From positions 13,566,404-13,630,403 of the forward strand of contig JAHRHZ010000056.1 in the NCBI GenBank assembly GCA_024137785.1: a stretch of 64,000 nucleotides of DNA, written 5' to 3'. A program made the translations under genes and the position numbers. Origin of the DNA: Ginglymostoma cirratum (taxonomy: Eukaryota). How positions within the stretch are numbered: the first letter of the stretch is position 1; the number at the start of each line of letters is the position of its first letter. Below the pieces are notes generated by a model, which was not told the DNA's origin, searched no databases, and saw only the letters and a program-made list of their open reading frames with translations. This document shows, in pieces, positions 51,701 through 64,000 of this stretch.

Positions 51701-54246
51701 CATATTTGCTTGTTGGTCAAAGCTCTAATGAACAGCAGAAGTTGTTTGAGAATGCAGGTAATTTCCACTCTACTGTGTAAGCCTTGGGGCTTTAACTGAA
51801 AGACTTCAGTAGTACAGCTTTGCATATGGTGTCGGTTTTATGATACTATTCCTAAAGACAGAATGTATACTTAATGTCAGGCAACTTCACTTGGTATCAG
51901 GTTTGACTGCCTGAACTGGTCTCGCTGTAAAATGGTTAACCCTACATTCTGTACCAGTAGAAGGGAAATTGACTTTCATGTCATGAATATTGACTTTAAA
52001 AGTGCCTTTTCCTTAAACTAGTGTATTGCATTTTTGATCACAAGCCCTAATTTGCTGTTGAACTACTTGACATCAACTGAAAAGAATTTCTGAACTATGA
52101 AACACTACTTTTTTACTACAAAATAAGCAGAAGCTGGCTTTCCTTTTCAGAAATAACGGGTTTCTACAATTATCAATTTCCGTAAGCTCAAAAGAGTTTG
52201 AGCTGTGTTCTACCTTTCCCTTCATCCCTACCTCAATCTTTAAGATTCTATTAAACAAAACTGGCTAAGTGGATTCTTCTGTGAAGGGAGAATGCACTGT
52301 TACATTGATCAGTCTTGCTTTTATGATCTTTGGAAAAATGAGGACTTTTACATGTCCTTGTCCAGAGTAATCAATTGGCTATTCAGTCTTCCTGGCACAT
52401 GATGCAGTTGGACCACTCTGTGACCTCCTTCCCTGTCTATAAATTGCAATCTCTGATCTTAGTGTATTAGTCTGTAACTGAAAAAATACTTAACCAAATT
52501 GAGGATCGTGCATGGAATTTATTAAATAAGACCAACCACTTATTAAAACAATCTTTAACTCTCCTTTTGAATTTTTAATTGAGTAACTAAGATTTTGATA
52601 ATTTCTCCACTGTCTCCTGTCCTCAGAAGTGGTTTGTCTTGCTTTCTCACCCACACATGCACTAACCTTACTTTTTTCAAAATGATTTAATTCCTGAGCC
52701 TTTGGTTGTGTTTCACTTGGCTGTTTGTTTCCAGGGCTGATCAAAGGAAGCCAGATGTACGAGCTGAAGGAAATATATATTCACCATCCAGTAACACAGG
52801 ACTTAAAAATACACATCAATTGGGTTCTAAAATGGGGGTTTTATTTTTGAAATTTGATGGTATTTGATTGAAAATGCTAGTAATGATCAAGAAAATTAAC
52901 CATAAACCATTATACTCTATATTGTGTGCATTTTTGTCCAGATCTTTTTCATTTGAATATACTGCTTCATGCAGTGTGTTCATACAGAATGTTGTTTCCA
53001 TGTTAGCAACATAGAAAATGGTGATCTGTCTTGGTTTCTCATTTTAGGAACTACACGTGTAGCTTCTTTAGTCTCATTGGATGACTTCTAAGGAGCAGCG
53101 TGAATGGAAATTCTTTTCTGTATAAGATGAAGTTTACTCCACCCCTTTGTGCACCCAACCACCACCCCATCCCAGTTGATGTGTTAGAGAACTAATGTTA
53201 ATGTTGGTCCATTTTGTAGGAAATGGATATTATTGATGCCTTCAAGGTTAGATTGGTTTGAAGAACATGGGCACAAGTGGAAACATCAAATAATGAATCC
53301 CTTGAGAGGCATGATTTAAACCAGAAATTTTTCCCCTCAAAGCATTTCTAATTTGGTAGATTGCTTTGAATATCTCACTTCTCTCGATCAATCGTTGCAT
53401 TGATGGAAATGTCGAAACCAGTTCCATTTAAGCTGTAAACTTAAAGTTAAATTAACTATCCTTTTTCCAAGTCTATGGATTGCAATACCAAATTGAATTA
53501 TTGAGGATTATTGGAGCAGAGACTGAATCAGTTGGTTAACACACTCAATGCTTGTTTTGCTGTACATTTCTGTTAAATGAACAGCAGTCACATGATGCAT
53601 TTAATATCGCACCTAAAACATTTCACATTCTATAAAAGCAAAAAATTCCATGGGTCACAGTTTGATGGACAGGATTTCTTTTCAGTATCACTTCTATGAA
53701 GACCTATCAAACTTTGCTATTGTGAAAGTGGTTGTTTGAGCGCACTATCTTGGGATAGTGATCTATAGCATTTGTTGATTAAATCAAGTGAGGTACAGCC
53801 TCTGGATTAGAAATGAAGAATGCATCTGACTGTATGCTAAATGCTTCTGGCAATGGAGTTCATTTTGTACCCTACTTATCATTAAGACAGGAAACATACT
53901 GTCTTTTTCTAACCTGTAAACACTGTTTGAACAGAGCAGCCATAAAAGCCTGCCAAAATTGGGAGCCTTCTCTGAAATAAGTTCAAGCAACCAACACCAA
54001 TTTTCTGGATTGCTGTGGTTTTAATGATAGATTTTTCTCCAAATAAAATCCAGCAAAACTTTAAACTCCAATCTGTAGTGTTTTCATAACTGGATCAATT
54101 TCCATCAGATTATTCTAGTTTAAGCTGTTATATTTGGTTTAGTCCTGCATGTGGAATGTTAAAACTGTGCTTGGTTGAGATCATTAAAAAAAATTAAATT
54201 GTTCCACCGTCCTCATGAAATCAAGACCTTGCAAGGAGAATTGGAT

Positions 54247-54440
54247 TACAAGTAGTCCCCAGGTTGTGAATAGGCTTTGTACTGGAGTCTGTTCACAAGT
54301 TGACTTGTATGTAAGTTTGAATAGGATGTAGCCATTTGTGCATATGGGAAACCTCCATGTCGGGCCTTCAAAATAACACCCCTGTGTGGGATTTCGTTTC
54401 TAAGCACAAGCAGATGTTGATAAATTGGTGACACCCTGAA
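54247..54440. mobile_element. Tc1/mariner (Tigger/pogo-like) MITE relic
   Basis: Left end TA-CAAGTAGTCCCCAGGTTGTGAA; the right end reverse-complemented reads TT-CAGGGTGTCACCAATTTATCAAC, a degenerate TIR pair resembling Tigger-type CAGGTAGTCCCCGxxTTACGAAC. Confidence 0.5.
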
Positions 54441-56696
54441 TTCTCATCCGTTTGGAGAAATTTTGTTGGATGACTGAGTAAGGAAATGGGAGTGGAGCCA
54501 GATGAGTTGCTGATGCAGAGAGCTGGTGCCCATGTGATGAGCTAATAGCTTTTGTGTTACTACTATCCTGTGATGCGAAGAGCCATTCAGTCTGTTGTGA
54601 TTGTTGATTTATTGTATGGAGTTACACAATTATTGAATGGTGTTTGTAGAAAGAATCTTAACTGAGCAAGAATCGGGCAGGTATTTCAAGAGTGATGCAA
54701 GTTATGTCTTCAAAGGTATTCTGAAATGTGGTCAGCTATCTGCCCACAACTGAAGGATTGCTGCAGCTGACTAGGTGGGAGCAGAGATTGAGCAGCTGAT
54801 GACTTCTAACCAGTACCAAAGGTAGGCTGTGAGAAAGAATGGAATATTTATCCTCATTACTTTTGCACGGTCCCAGATCCTCTACCTGCGATGACTTTTC
54901 TGCTTGACCTGCCTTGAGTATGTTAAAATTGAAGAAACTGAATTTTAAGTGGGCTGCTGAGAGCTGGTCAACCAATAAATTTGAACACAGATTCTGATGG
55001 AGCATGAGTGATTAAAGTAGCTAAGTTTGGAAACTGTCCTGTAATACCCTGACCCTGTTCTAGCTTTTATTTTGGGAAGGTAAACTATTTAACTAGTCAT
55101 TACTGTTTGAAGTACGTGCAGCAAGTTGCAGTTAGCTTTTGTGTTGACTTGTGAAAATATATTACAATGCATTATCAGGGTGTATTAAGATGTGGATGTT
55201 AAATGGCCTACTTTATTTAACCGATGTTGGTTTTTTAAATGTAGGTAAGCTCACATGTTGCCCACATCCTTTTTAATTTTGGGCCTTTTTTGTGGTTCAC
55301 ATACATTGTGCTCTTGCAAGCAATTCTGGAACACAAACAAGAAAACCTTCTGCTTTGAAAGTTGACATCACAGTACAAAATACTAAAGAGGATTTCTGCT
55401 CTGTTTATTGGCAAAAATGCCACTTATTAACTACAAGAGTGCTGCATCTTCATTTTGAGAGCAAGATGATATTTTCCAAATTCTCCCGATGGGATGATTG
55501 AGAGTGCTCTAACCAGAGATTTATGTTGAGATGTGGGGGTGGTAGGCAGAGGAAAATTCTTTATTTGAAGAGGTGAGGCTGCTTTTAGACCAGAAAATCT
55601 GCAGGTGGATCACTATTTTTCATGTTGCTAAAAGGTCCTTTTCTGAAATCATAGACATTTAATCCTGCAAGAGACATCGGTAGCCTGAAGGCAGTTTAGC
55701 TGTTGGTGTTTTTGCATATTTTCTCGCTGTGATAGACTTCAGCAGCTTGAGTGCAGTGTTTTTATATGAAGTGGATTTCTGCAGTGTTGCTGTAGCGCTT
55801 GCTTCACTCATCTTAAGGCAACTTTTTGTTTGTTACTTGGCTAAATGCTTCATGTGTGTTTCCTCAAATGTGGCAAAATCTAAGTGTTTTGGAAATCATC
55901 AGAGCAGAGAAATGTTTCTGATACGAGATGTACCTTTGGGTGAGCGTACAGAGGTACAAGTTCGACTGCAGGGTCATTTTGAAGGCTTGAACTTTGTCAA
56001 TGGAACTTTGTATTCCATCTCTCTCAGCCACCACAGGGCTTATAGCTTAACAAAGGTAACTGTTGCCAGGTGCAATGTTCTTGAAGTTGTTTCAAATTTG
56101 CGCAAAGCAAACATTTACTATGTTTTCTGCCCTAGAAAACTTGAATCAGAAAACAGCTTCCAGCTGGTTTACTTAACAAGCTGACAGTAAGTGCATAGGG
56201 TGTTTAAATCCTGACAAATTGGTTTCAGTGCTCGCCCACAGAATTTTTGAAACTGATTATTTTTAATACAAATATCAGAATGTAAAATGAATCCTGGAGT
56301 GTTCTATTTCTTTCACCCTGTTTTTAAAAAAAAAAAAATCGCACAGGATCGTCTTCTGAAAACTGTCCCCAAATCAGAATTGCCAGGTTAATAATTTTGC
56401 TGCTTAAAAATATAAAGTATTTCAGCGCAATTCTAGAGCAATAGCATTTAGAAGTACAGATGTCAGGATAAACTTGCATAGGCTGTGATTAGACAGGAAC
56501 AGTTCCAGCAGCTTTTTTTGTGTTCAATGATTTCCTTACACAACTATAGTGTACCTACACCAAATGGACTTGAGGCCATGAAGATAGATAGCTTCACCAT
56601 TGTCTCACTAAAAGTAGTTGGGAGATGAGCAACAAATATTGGCTTTGCCTGAGATGTTAAGATTCAGCAGAGGTATGGGGTGGGGGGAGGGGGAGA

Positions 56697-56885
56697 AAAA
56701 AGCAGTAGAGGTGGGTGTAATCAAAACTTTTTTAAGACGTTTGGACAGGTACGTGGATAGGAAGCGTTTTAGAGAGCATGGGCCAGATGCAGGCAAATGG
56801 GGCTAGTTCAGTTTGGGGGAACCTGGTCGGCCTGGACAAGTTGGACCGAAGGGTCTCTTGCTATGCTGTATGAATCTGATTCTGA
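56697..56885 (+). mobile_element. CR1 3' end fragment
   Basis: Matches the 3'UTR of 4921-6765 (atgggccagatgcaggcaaatggg...ttggaccgaagggtct...gctgtatg). Confidence 0.8.
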
Positions 56886-59009
56886 CTCTGCAGAGATTTT
56901 TTCAAATTATGCAAGAATTGAGGGCATAACTATTGGTAAGATTGAACAGTTTTGATATTTTCTCCAGAAAGATTTGAAAAAAAAACCTGAAGATTATGAA
57001 AGGATTTGATAGGGCAAACTTAGATGATTTGCCAATGCAATTGGTACTAAGTGAGGGCTATAAATGTGTCAATAAATCTAGTGAGGAATGAAGGAGAAAT
57101 GGTTTTTTTTTTTTTGCTCAATGTAGAATCTTCCTCTGTAAGGAACATACTTGAGTGAATAACAAAATCATTTAAGGTGAAGCTAGAAATAGGTTATTCC
57201 AATGAGTAGGATGTATATTGATCCCTTTAAAGGGTGAGAAGAGGCTTGTAAGAGTAGACTGACCTGTTTTCACACTGAAAACATTGTGGTACTTTGTCAA
57301 ATACTGATTGCAGATGGGAAATAAATTGGTCTTGATATGCCAGCTGCTGTTCTTTCTAGGAGCATTTAAGGGATAGACCAGGGGTTGCCCACAGATAGGC
57401 TATCCATTTCACGGGAGGAAATATTTCTGAAGGCAGATTCTTTTTGGATTTTGCAGTTGGAAAGAACTCATCATTGTGCTTTCACAGGGCATTGTACTGC
57501 AGCTAACTGGCTGATTAAAAATTATGAAATCTAAAGGACCTGTTACAAAAAAGGAAGGAAAGTGGCCTAAGCTCACTTCATTTGTTTCATTCTAGCTTTT
57601 GAAAAGAAGTGTTTGTATGAAGTGATTTGCATGTTTTTTTATATTTGCTTGGATTGCACTATTGAGTTGCATCTTCCAAACAAGCAATCTCGTTTCATAG
57701 TTTCCCACAATTGGCTCACCTTGGGTCATATGTTTTTAGTGGCTTGAAGTTGAACTACATTTTGCTGTGTGCTAACTTCCGTATCTTTGACCTTGATTGC
57801 GAGATGCTTGTTTTCCCTTTTAACTAGATCTGTTTGGATTTTCTAGTGCTATATCTTAGAACAGAAGTCTAAATATAAATCTTTCCTTTTGCTGAGTTTT
57901 CCTCTTAGACTTCATGCTTGGTTCTCTCTCCTGTCTGAAACACCTGACTCTTTTTTTTTGTTTTTGCATAGAATAAATTTGGAGATGTGAGGTGGTAGAG
58001 AGCATAGGGAGACTACAAAAATGGGTGGTATTCAAAGGGTTTGCAGGAGCAGAGACATGGCTATATAGACACAAGTCACTAATGGTGGCATATTAAAAAG
58101 CAGTGTTTTAAGCTTCATAAATTGGGGGCAAGAAGTACAGTATCAGAGCTATCCAGTTATGATGAACTTAATAGACATTAGAACTCAGCTGGAGTAATTT
58201 GTGCTGTCCTGTGTGCACAGATGGATATACATTGTAGAAGAGATTTAAGAATTATTGTAGGAATATGTTACTTCAGTAATGGGGTAAGACTGTCTTTTTT
58301 CCTTGGAGAAGGTTGAGTGTATTTTGATAGACTTCAAAATCGGAGTGGATGTGGTGGAATTGCTTCTACTCGTAAACAGATTGTGCAACACAAACTGCAA
58401 ACCAGAGGACAAAGTAAGCCCAAGCAAGATCAGGAAAGCTGCTTTTTGACTGAGGAACTCTATGGGTTAATCTTCTTGCAGTTGTTGAAGAGGGTATGGT
58501 TTCGATTTAAATACATATCTCGTGTAAGGTTGAGGAACAGGGCCTGTTGGCCCATGTAGCCTCTTGCTGCGCTGTGCTGAGATTTTTACCTTGGTTCATG
58601 GATTGCTTTAGACAGAACACTATATAAATAGTTTTGTCTCTCTTCTAGACTATTAAATAAACTTGAATGTATAAATCATGTAACGAATCTCTTAAATCTC
58701 ATCCTTGTCATGAGGAAGATTTGTAATTCTGGGCCCGAGACCAGCCATAAGATGAACAGCGTGCACCTGAAATGAAGGCGCAGTGAGACAAATACAGACT
58801 TGGTAAAGGACAAAACAAAGAGCAATTAACACGAAGGTCCCATCCCTGCTACCACTGAAGTTGCCTGAATCTAGACACTTGGTTAAAGATATGTATGAAA
58901 TATACCAATCCGGTTAATTTAATTTTGAGGTTTTTCAATTTAATATCCAAAGCAAGGGAGTTCCAGTAGAAATGCTGTTGCATTGCTGGTTATCTCTTAT
59001 AGAAAGATT

Positions 59010-60830
59010 CTTGCGGATGGGGAAATTGGCAAATGTAATTCCACTATTTAACAAGGGAGGGCAAAGAATGTTAGAAAACAATATAGAACTGTTGATGTAA
59101 GTACTTAACTTTGCTCATCATTAGAATTTGAGTTAGCTTTGTCAAATATAAATTCAAGCTATTAAGAGCTTTGAGGATGTTACTTGTGTCAATGAAGGAG
59201 AATTGGTGGATCTGTCAAAGGCTTTTGATAAGGTTGCACACAGGAGGTTAATAAAATTAGAGCCCGTGATATTGAATGTCATAGGTAATTCTGATCAACC
59301 TGTTCAAGTGTGTCGTGACACACTCCTGGGGCAGATGGGATATTATCCTGGATCTCCTAGCTTAGAGGAAGGGACACTACCAATGTGCCACAAAACAATT
59401 TTTTGTCAAAATTCCACCTGGTTCAGTGGTGGGAATTTGAAATTATTCCCCTGGACATGAGCCCAGGGTGTTGGTTTACTTGTCGACTGACATAACCTCT
59501 TGTCTTTTAAAGATAGTCAGAGTATTACAGCACTGAAAAATACCCTTCAGTCCAACTCATCCACGCTGACCAAACATCCCATCTGACCTAGTTACATCTG
59601 CCAAAATTTGGCCCATATCCCTCTAAACCCCTTCTCTTGTACCCATCCAGGTGCCTTTTTTTAAAATGCTGTAATTGTACCTGCTTCCTCCACTTCCTCT
59701 GGCAGCTTGTTCCACACATGCATCATCCTGTGTGTGAAAACATTGCCCTTTAAATCTTCTCCTCTCTCATTAAACCTATCCCTCTGGTTTTTGATGACTC
59801 TTCCCCTTGTCTCTCTCTCTTCCCCCCTCCAACCCCACCCAAGGGAGGAGACATTGACTATTCACCCCGTCTGTGCCCTTCCATAATGCCACCCCTCAGT
59901 CCAGTTTTGAATAAGTGAGCTTTTGTGCTCAACAAACGTGATAACCATTGCACTGTGGAAACATGGCCCAGCACAGTTTGTAGATTATATACTACTATGG
60001 ACTGACAATTGATTAACCAAAAACAATTAGAGGGATAATGAGGCACCTCTCAGAATGATAGTGTTTTTACCAGTGAAGTGCTGCAAGGATCGGTGGGGCC
60101 GCAGTTGTTCACTGTATGTGATTTAATGTTGGTGGGGTGGGGTAGGGGTGGCCAGTGATAATTCCAGACTTAATGATTTTAAATAGTGGAAATGTGGATT
60201 TTGATAACGATACAAGGAGCCCATGGCAGCTAAGTGAATGTGAAAGAAAATAGCAAATGGAAGCTAACCATTCTCTTGTCAAACGAAACCCAGTATTTGC
60301 TAAATGGTGTGTGTGGAAAATCTTTATCTCCAAAGGTATCTTGATGTTGCTGAAAGCTAGCGTGATGTCTTTATAAGAATGTATTTTCCATGGCATGCAA
60401 CAAATTCATCATAATAATCCCTCATGGTGGAATTCCTTTAAGATTAAGGATACTGGGTGTGTCGTCATGAGTTTTGAAGAACAAAGGGTGATTGCGTTGA
60501 AACTTCAAAAATTGTTACAAGGCAGCTGAGTCTAGAAGCATGGGACATCATCTTAGAATAAGGGGGAAGCCATTCAGGACTGAGATGGAACAATTGCTTC
60601 AAAGGTTGGTGAATGTTTAGAATTCTCTACCTCCAGGGCTGTGGAAGCTCTGAGTATGAAGCCTGTTCAAGCCAGAAATAATAATAAATTTTTGGATATG
60701 AATGACAGCCAGGGATATGGAATAGTATGAAGAATGGGATTGAGATAGATGAGCAGCCATGATCTAATTGAAGTGAGCAGGTTTGGGCAGAATGGTTTAC
60801 TCTAGCTCCGGTGATCCTGTGGTTTTCTCA
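59010..60830 (+). mobile_element. Old decayed CR1 (+), interrupted by a younger minus-strand CR1 tail at 59512-59900
   Basis: WQM/NVIPLFNKG-like block (~59025), DLSKAFDKVAHRRL (59203-), gtgctgcaaggatcggtg (~60080), 3' region to ~60830; antisense tail block at 59512-59900. Confidence 0.7.
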
Positions 60831-60974
60831 ATGAAGATGACATTAGTAAATTGCAGGGGAGGTAGGCTTAGAAAACACAGTTCTGCTGTACAGCATCATT
60901 GATTTACACAACAGAATATGTTAGCGTCAGTTCACATTCTATGAATAAATGGTCTGTGGACAAAATACTGCAGG

Positions 60975-61280
60975 ACTTCCATAATGAAGGGTATAGATAG
61001 TTAATGGTAGTTGTCTTTCCCCTAGGATGGGATTTCAAGACACGGGGGTATATTTTTGAGCTGAGAAGAGAAATTTTTAAAGACAGGAGGGGCAAATTTC
61101 TACTAAGAGGGTGGTTCGTATGTGGATTGAACTTCCAGAAGAAGTGGTGGATGTGGGTACGATTCCAGTGTTTTAAAAGACATTTGGAGGGATATGGGCC
61201 AGGAGCTGGCAGATGGGACTGGTTTAGTTTGCGATTGTTTGGCATGGACTGGTCGGACTGAAGGGTCTGTTTGTGCATTT
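60975..61280 (+). mobile_element. CR1 3' end fragment
   Basis: FKTRGYIF..RREIFKD..GKF and a 3'UTR matching the other CR1 tails. Confidence 0.8.
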
Positions 61281-63167
61281 AACAAAATATAGTTTTAAAC
61301 TTTTTCAGAAAATTTTGATAAATGTTAATTTAAGCAGTCTTTTGAGCGCCAAATACTTGTTTGCATTTCACCTGAGGTTGGCATGTAGAAATGCTGCCTG
61401 ACCAAATAAGCAACAATTACTACTAGCTACTTCAACCACTGGTCCATCATAGCTTAATGCAGATTTGTGTTTGCCCTATCTGTATTTGTTTTTAAACTGG
61501 ATATCCATTCGTGTTTGTCTCCGGTTTCAAAGTACTAATACTTACAATTCAGTTCATCATACAATTCAATCATTCATTTTTGATTTTCTTTTAACCGAGA
61601 CTAGAAATAGCTCAATACCTTTTCAAAGGATGAGGAAAGTAACAAATCATCTCATTTTCAGTTAGGTTTAAACTCTCCTCAAAGACAGGCCTATATTCAG
61701 TTTGTTGAATCTGGAGTATGTGCTGATGAGCACAAAATGCTTTTCAGTAAATGCAATTCCAATTTGGCTTTAGTTATCTGGGTTAATAAATATGGGAAAT
61801 GTACATCGAGCTAGAATGGGATCCTGACCTTGGTTTCAGAAACCAGGAAATGCTGTCCAAGGTGCCTTTCAGTAGATGTTTAAAAGTGTGCAAAATGGGA
61901 GAGGTGACTGCAATTTGACATATTGTGATTATCTGTGTTTCTAATACCACTCTACTCCAATTCAATACCCCACCCCCACCAATCAACGTAGTGATTATGA
62001 TAAAGAATGCTGTAGTTTCTGAAAACTTTACAAGCTTGGGTGGGCAAATCTATTAAAAATAGCCCATTTGTCTTGCATTCAGGCACAAACTTATCTATGG
62101 AGTGTTTATAATCGGTTTTTCATACACTCCCTCCTTGCGTACAAAATTTGATGGAATTTAGTATTGCCACACTTCTTGCAAGGTATTTGAAGCTTCTTGG
62201 TTTCAGCATGGATTAAAATTCAGTTAAGCCTTACGTTTGGGCTTGGTATAAAGTGGAACCAAATTGTCCAACTGGTTCAGTGCAGAAAAGTTGCATGTAA
62301 TGGCAGAAAGTCTGTGGCCTTTTGTACTGGAAATTATTGTAATTTTAAAACCCAAAATATGCCAGTATTAGAATGAGCTATGCCCGAATAGCACAAGCCA
62401 GTTCCTAGTGACTTTTATCATAGTTAATGGTTGCAAAAAATGTGATGAATTCACTCTAACTTTGTTTGCTTAAATTTGGCAAACAGCATATTTTGTACAT
62501 GCCTGGTAAATGTGTTGCTGTGATCATGTCAGCATAGTTGCTTTCTCCAGGCCATTATGGGCAAATAACAAAAGTGCTGTGGCTGTATGGTATAAAAATT
62601 GGCGATTCTTGTACTAAATTATTTGTCCTAATCGTAGGATTTAATCCCTCTTTATGGGCATTTACATTGTAAATCAAGAGGCAAACTAGTTCTTGTGCAC
62701 AGTACGTAATCCCATGCTTAAAGTAGAATTGGGAACTTCTCTAGTAATAAATAATTCTTTAATAAATATTAGTCCTGGCGTACAAAGGAGTTTTTCAGTT
62801 CCCTGTTAATTACTGTAATTCTTTGTATTTTTGGGCGTCGAATTGTTTTATTGGATGTGGGACGTGAGGTTGAGAGTAGCTGAACCTTTTTTGTATTCCT
62901 GTTTTGAATTTGCAAATGGCCAGTTTAGCGATGGAGTAAGAGTTGGCAGCATTGTTTTGTTTCTATACTGTAACTTGCATACCGTTACAGGACATAATCA
63001 GTTTTTCAAATAAAAACCTTAGGAATTTCATGCAGCTTTCGCAATAAAAATATCTGCTGATAATTCTACGAGACCAGACCAAAATTGTTTTTTCGTTCCT
63101 TTGTATTTAGTAGCTAAATGCATGCCATTTAAAAATGGAACAAACAACAAGCAGCGTTCTTAACTGA

Positions 63168-63308
<141 letters not shown>

Positions 63309-64000
63309 TGAGGCTGCTTGCATTTTGCTTTAATGCTTATTATCATCAGCTTGCACATGCTACAGTGTTAGGCTTGATGAATATACTTGCTCTCATAATT
63401 GGAAATGCGTGGCAAAAATAGTCGTGGAGAGGTTGTAGTTACATCAGGAGACTTGAGAACCTAGAATTGCTGTACTTTGGGAAAAGGCAGTTCAACAATA
63501 ATGTGGACATTGTATCACTCCCGTGAAGTGATAATGACTTAATGTATGATAAAGCAATGTACAATTAGTCCATTATACTCCATAGATGATTTGACCAAGA
63601 GGTTGGTCAGTCAACCTAATATCTCTTAATGTAGCTTATCATTTTCTTCTGATTCTATAGTGTTTTGGGAGCATTTCATTGTCAAAAATGCAGCATAATG
63701 TGGCTTGATGCCAACTTAATTAGGTGTGATGACCAAAGGCTTTTAGATACACTTAAAGGAATGCCTTTAAGAAGGAATGTGAGGTAGAAAATTGTAGTGG
63801 TGGGGGGAGGGGTGTATATTTTTAGACTAGTGGGGCAGTGTTGGTATATTAGACTTTAGGGCCAGGGCAACTAATGGAGAAGTTTTTAGAAGTTGAAATG
63901 CAAGAGGCTGGAATTTGTGAATCACATGTACCACCGAGATTTCAGGACTGGAGAAGTTGGGGAGATGTGGCAGGGAGAGGCCAGGATGTGATTATTAAAC

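Noticed and set aside
55729-56184. 151-aa ORF (also 48930-49412 and 50419-50844)
   Set aside because: No recognisable domain, atypical composition and no exon context; consistent with chance intronic ORFs.

Overview
This is vertebrate genomic DNA, most likely from a cartilaginous fish (shark or ray), judging from HE1/V-SINE-type SINEs, abundant CR1 LINEs and Deu-domain SINEs. It is AT-rich, repeat-dense and has one 400-N assembly gap (9051-9450). The only supportable host gene is the 5' part of a FAM117-family gene (FAM117A/FAM117B/GLCCI1; FAM117A is my best guess) on the + strand. It has a CpG-island promoter (~23030-23650) and three coding exons (23652-24003, 37732-37880, 63189-63278) that splice in frame with canonical GT/AG sites; the gene continues beyond the window. 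The rest is mostly decayed transposons: CR1 LINEs (one near full length), a decayed Gypsy internal region (~16.4-21.5 kb), an RTE fragment, L2-like fragments, several SINE families and a Tigger-like MITE. The most interesting signal is a set of short Penelope-like (PLE) derived insertions. They form long hairpins or solo arms, four have 14-16 bp target-site duplications, and they carry minimal hammerhead-ribozyme core motifs, with their junctions repeatedly falling at the CUGANGA box. Most ORFs in the supplied track are TE fragments or noise. Repeat family names come from recalled motifs, not database searches, and repeat boundaries are approximate.
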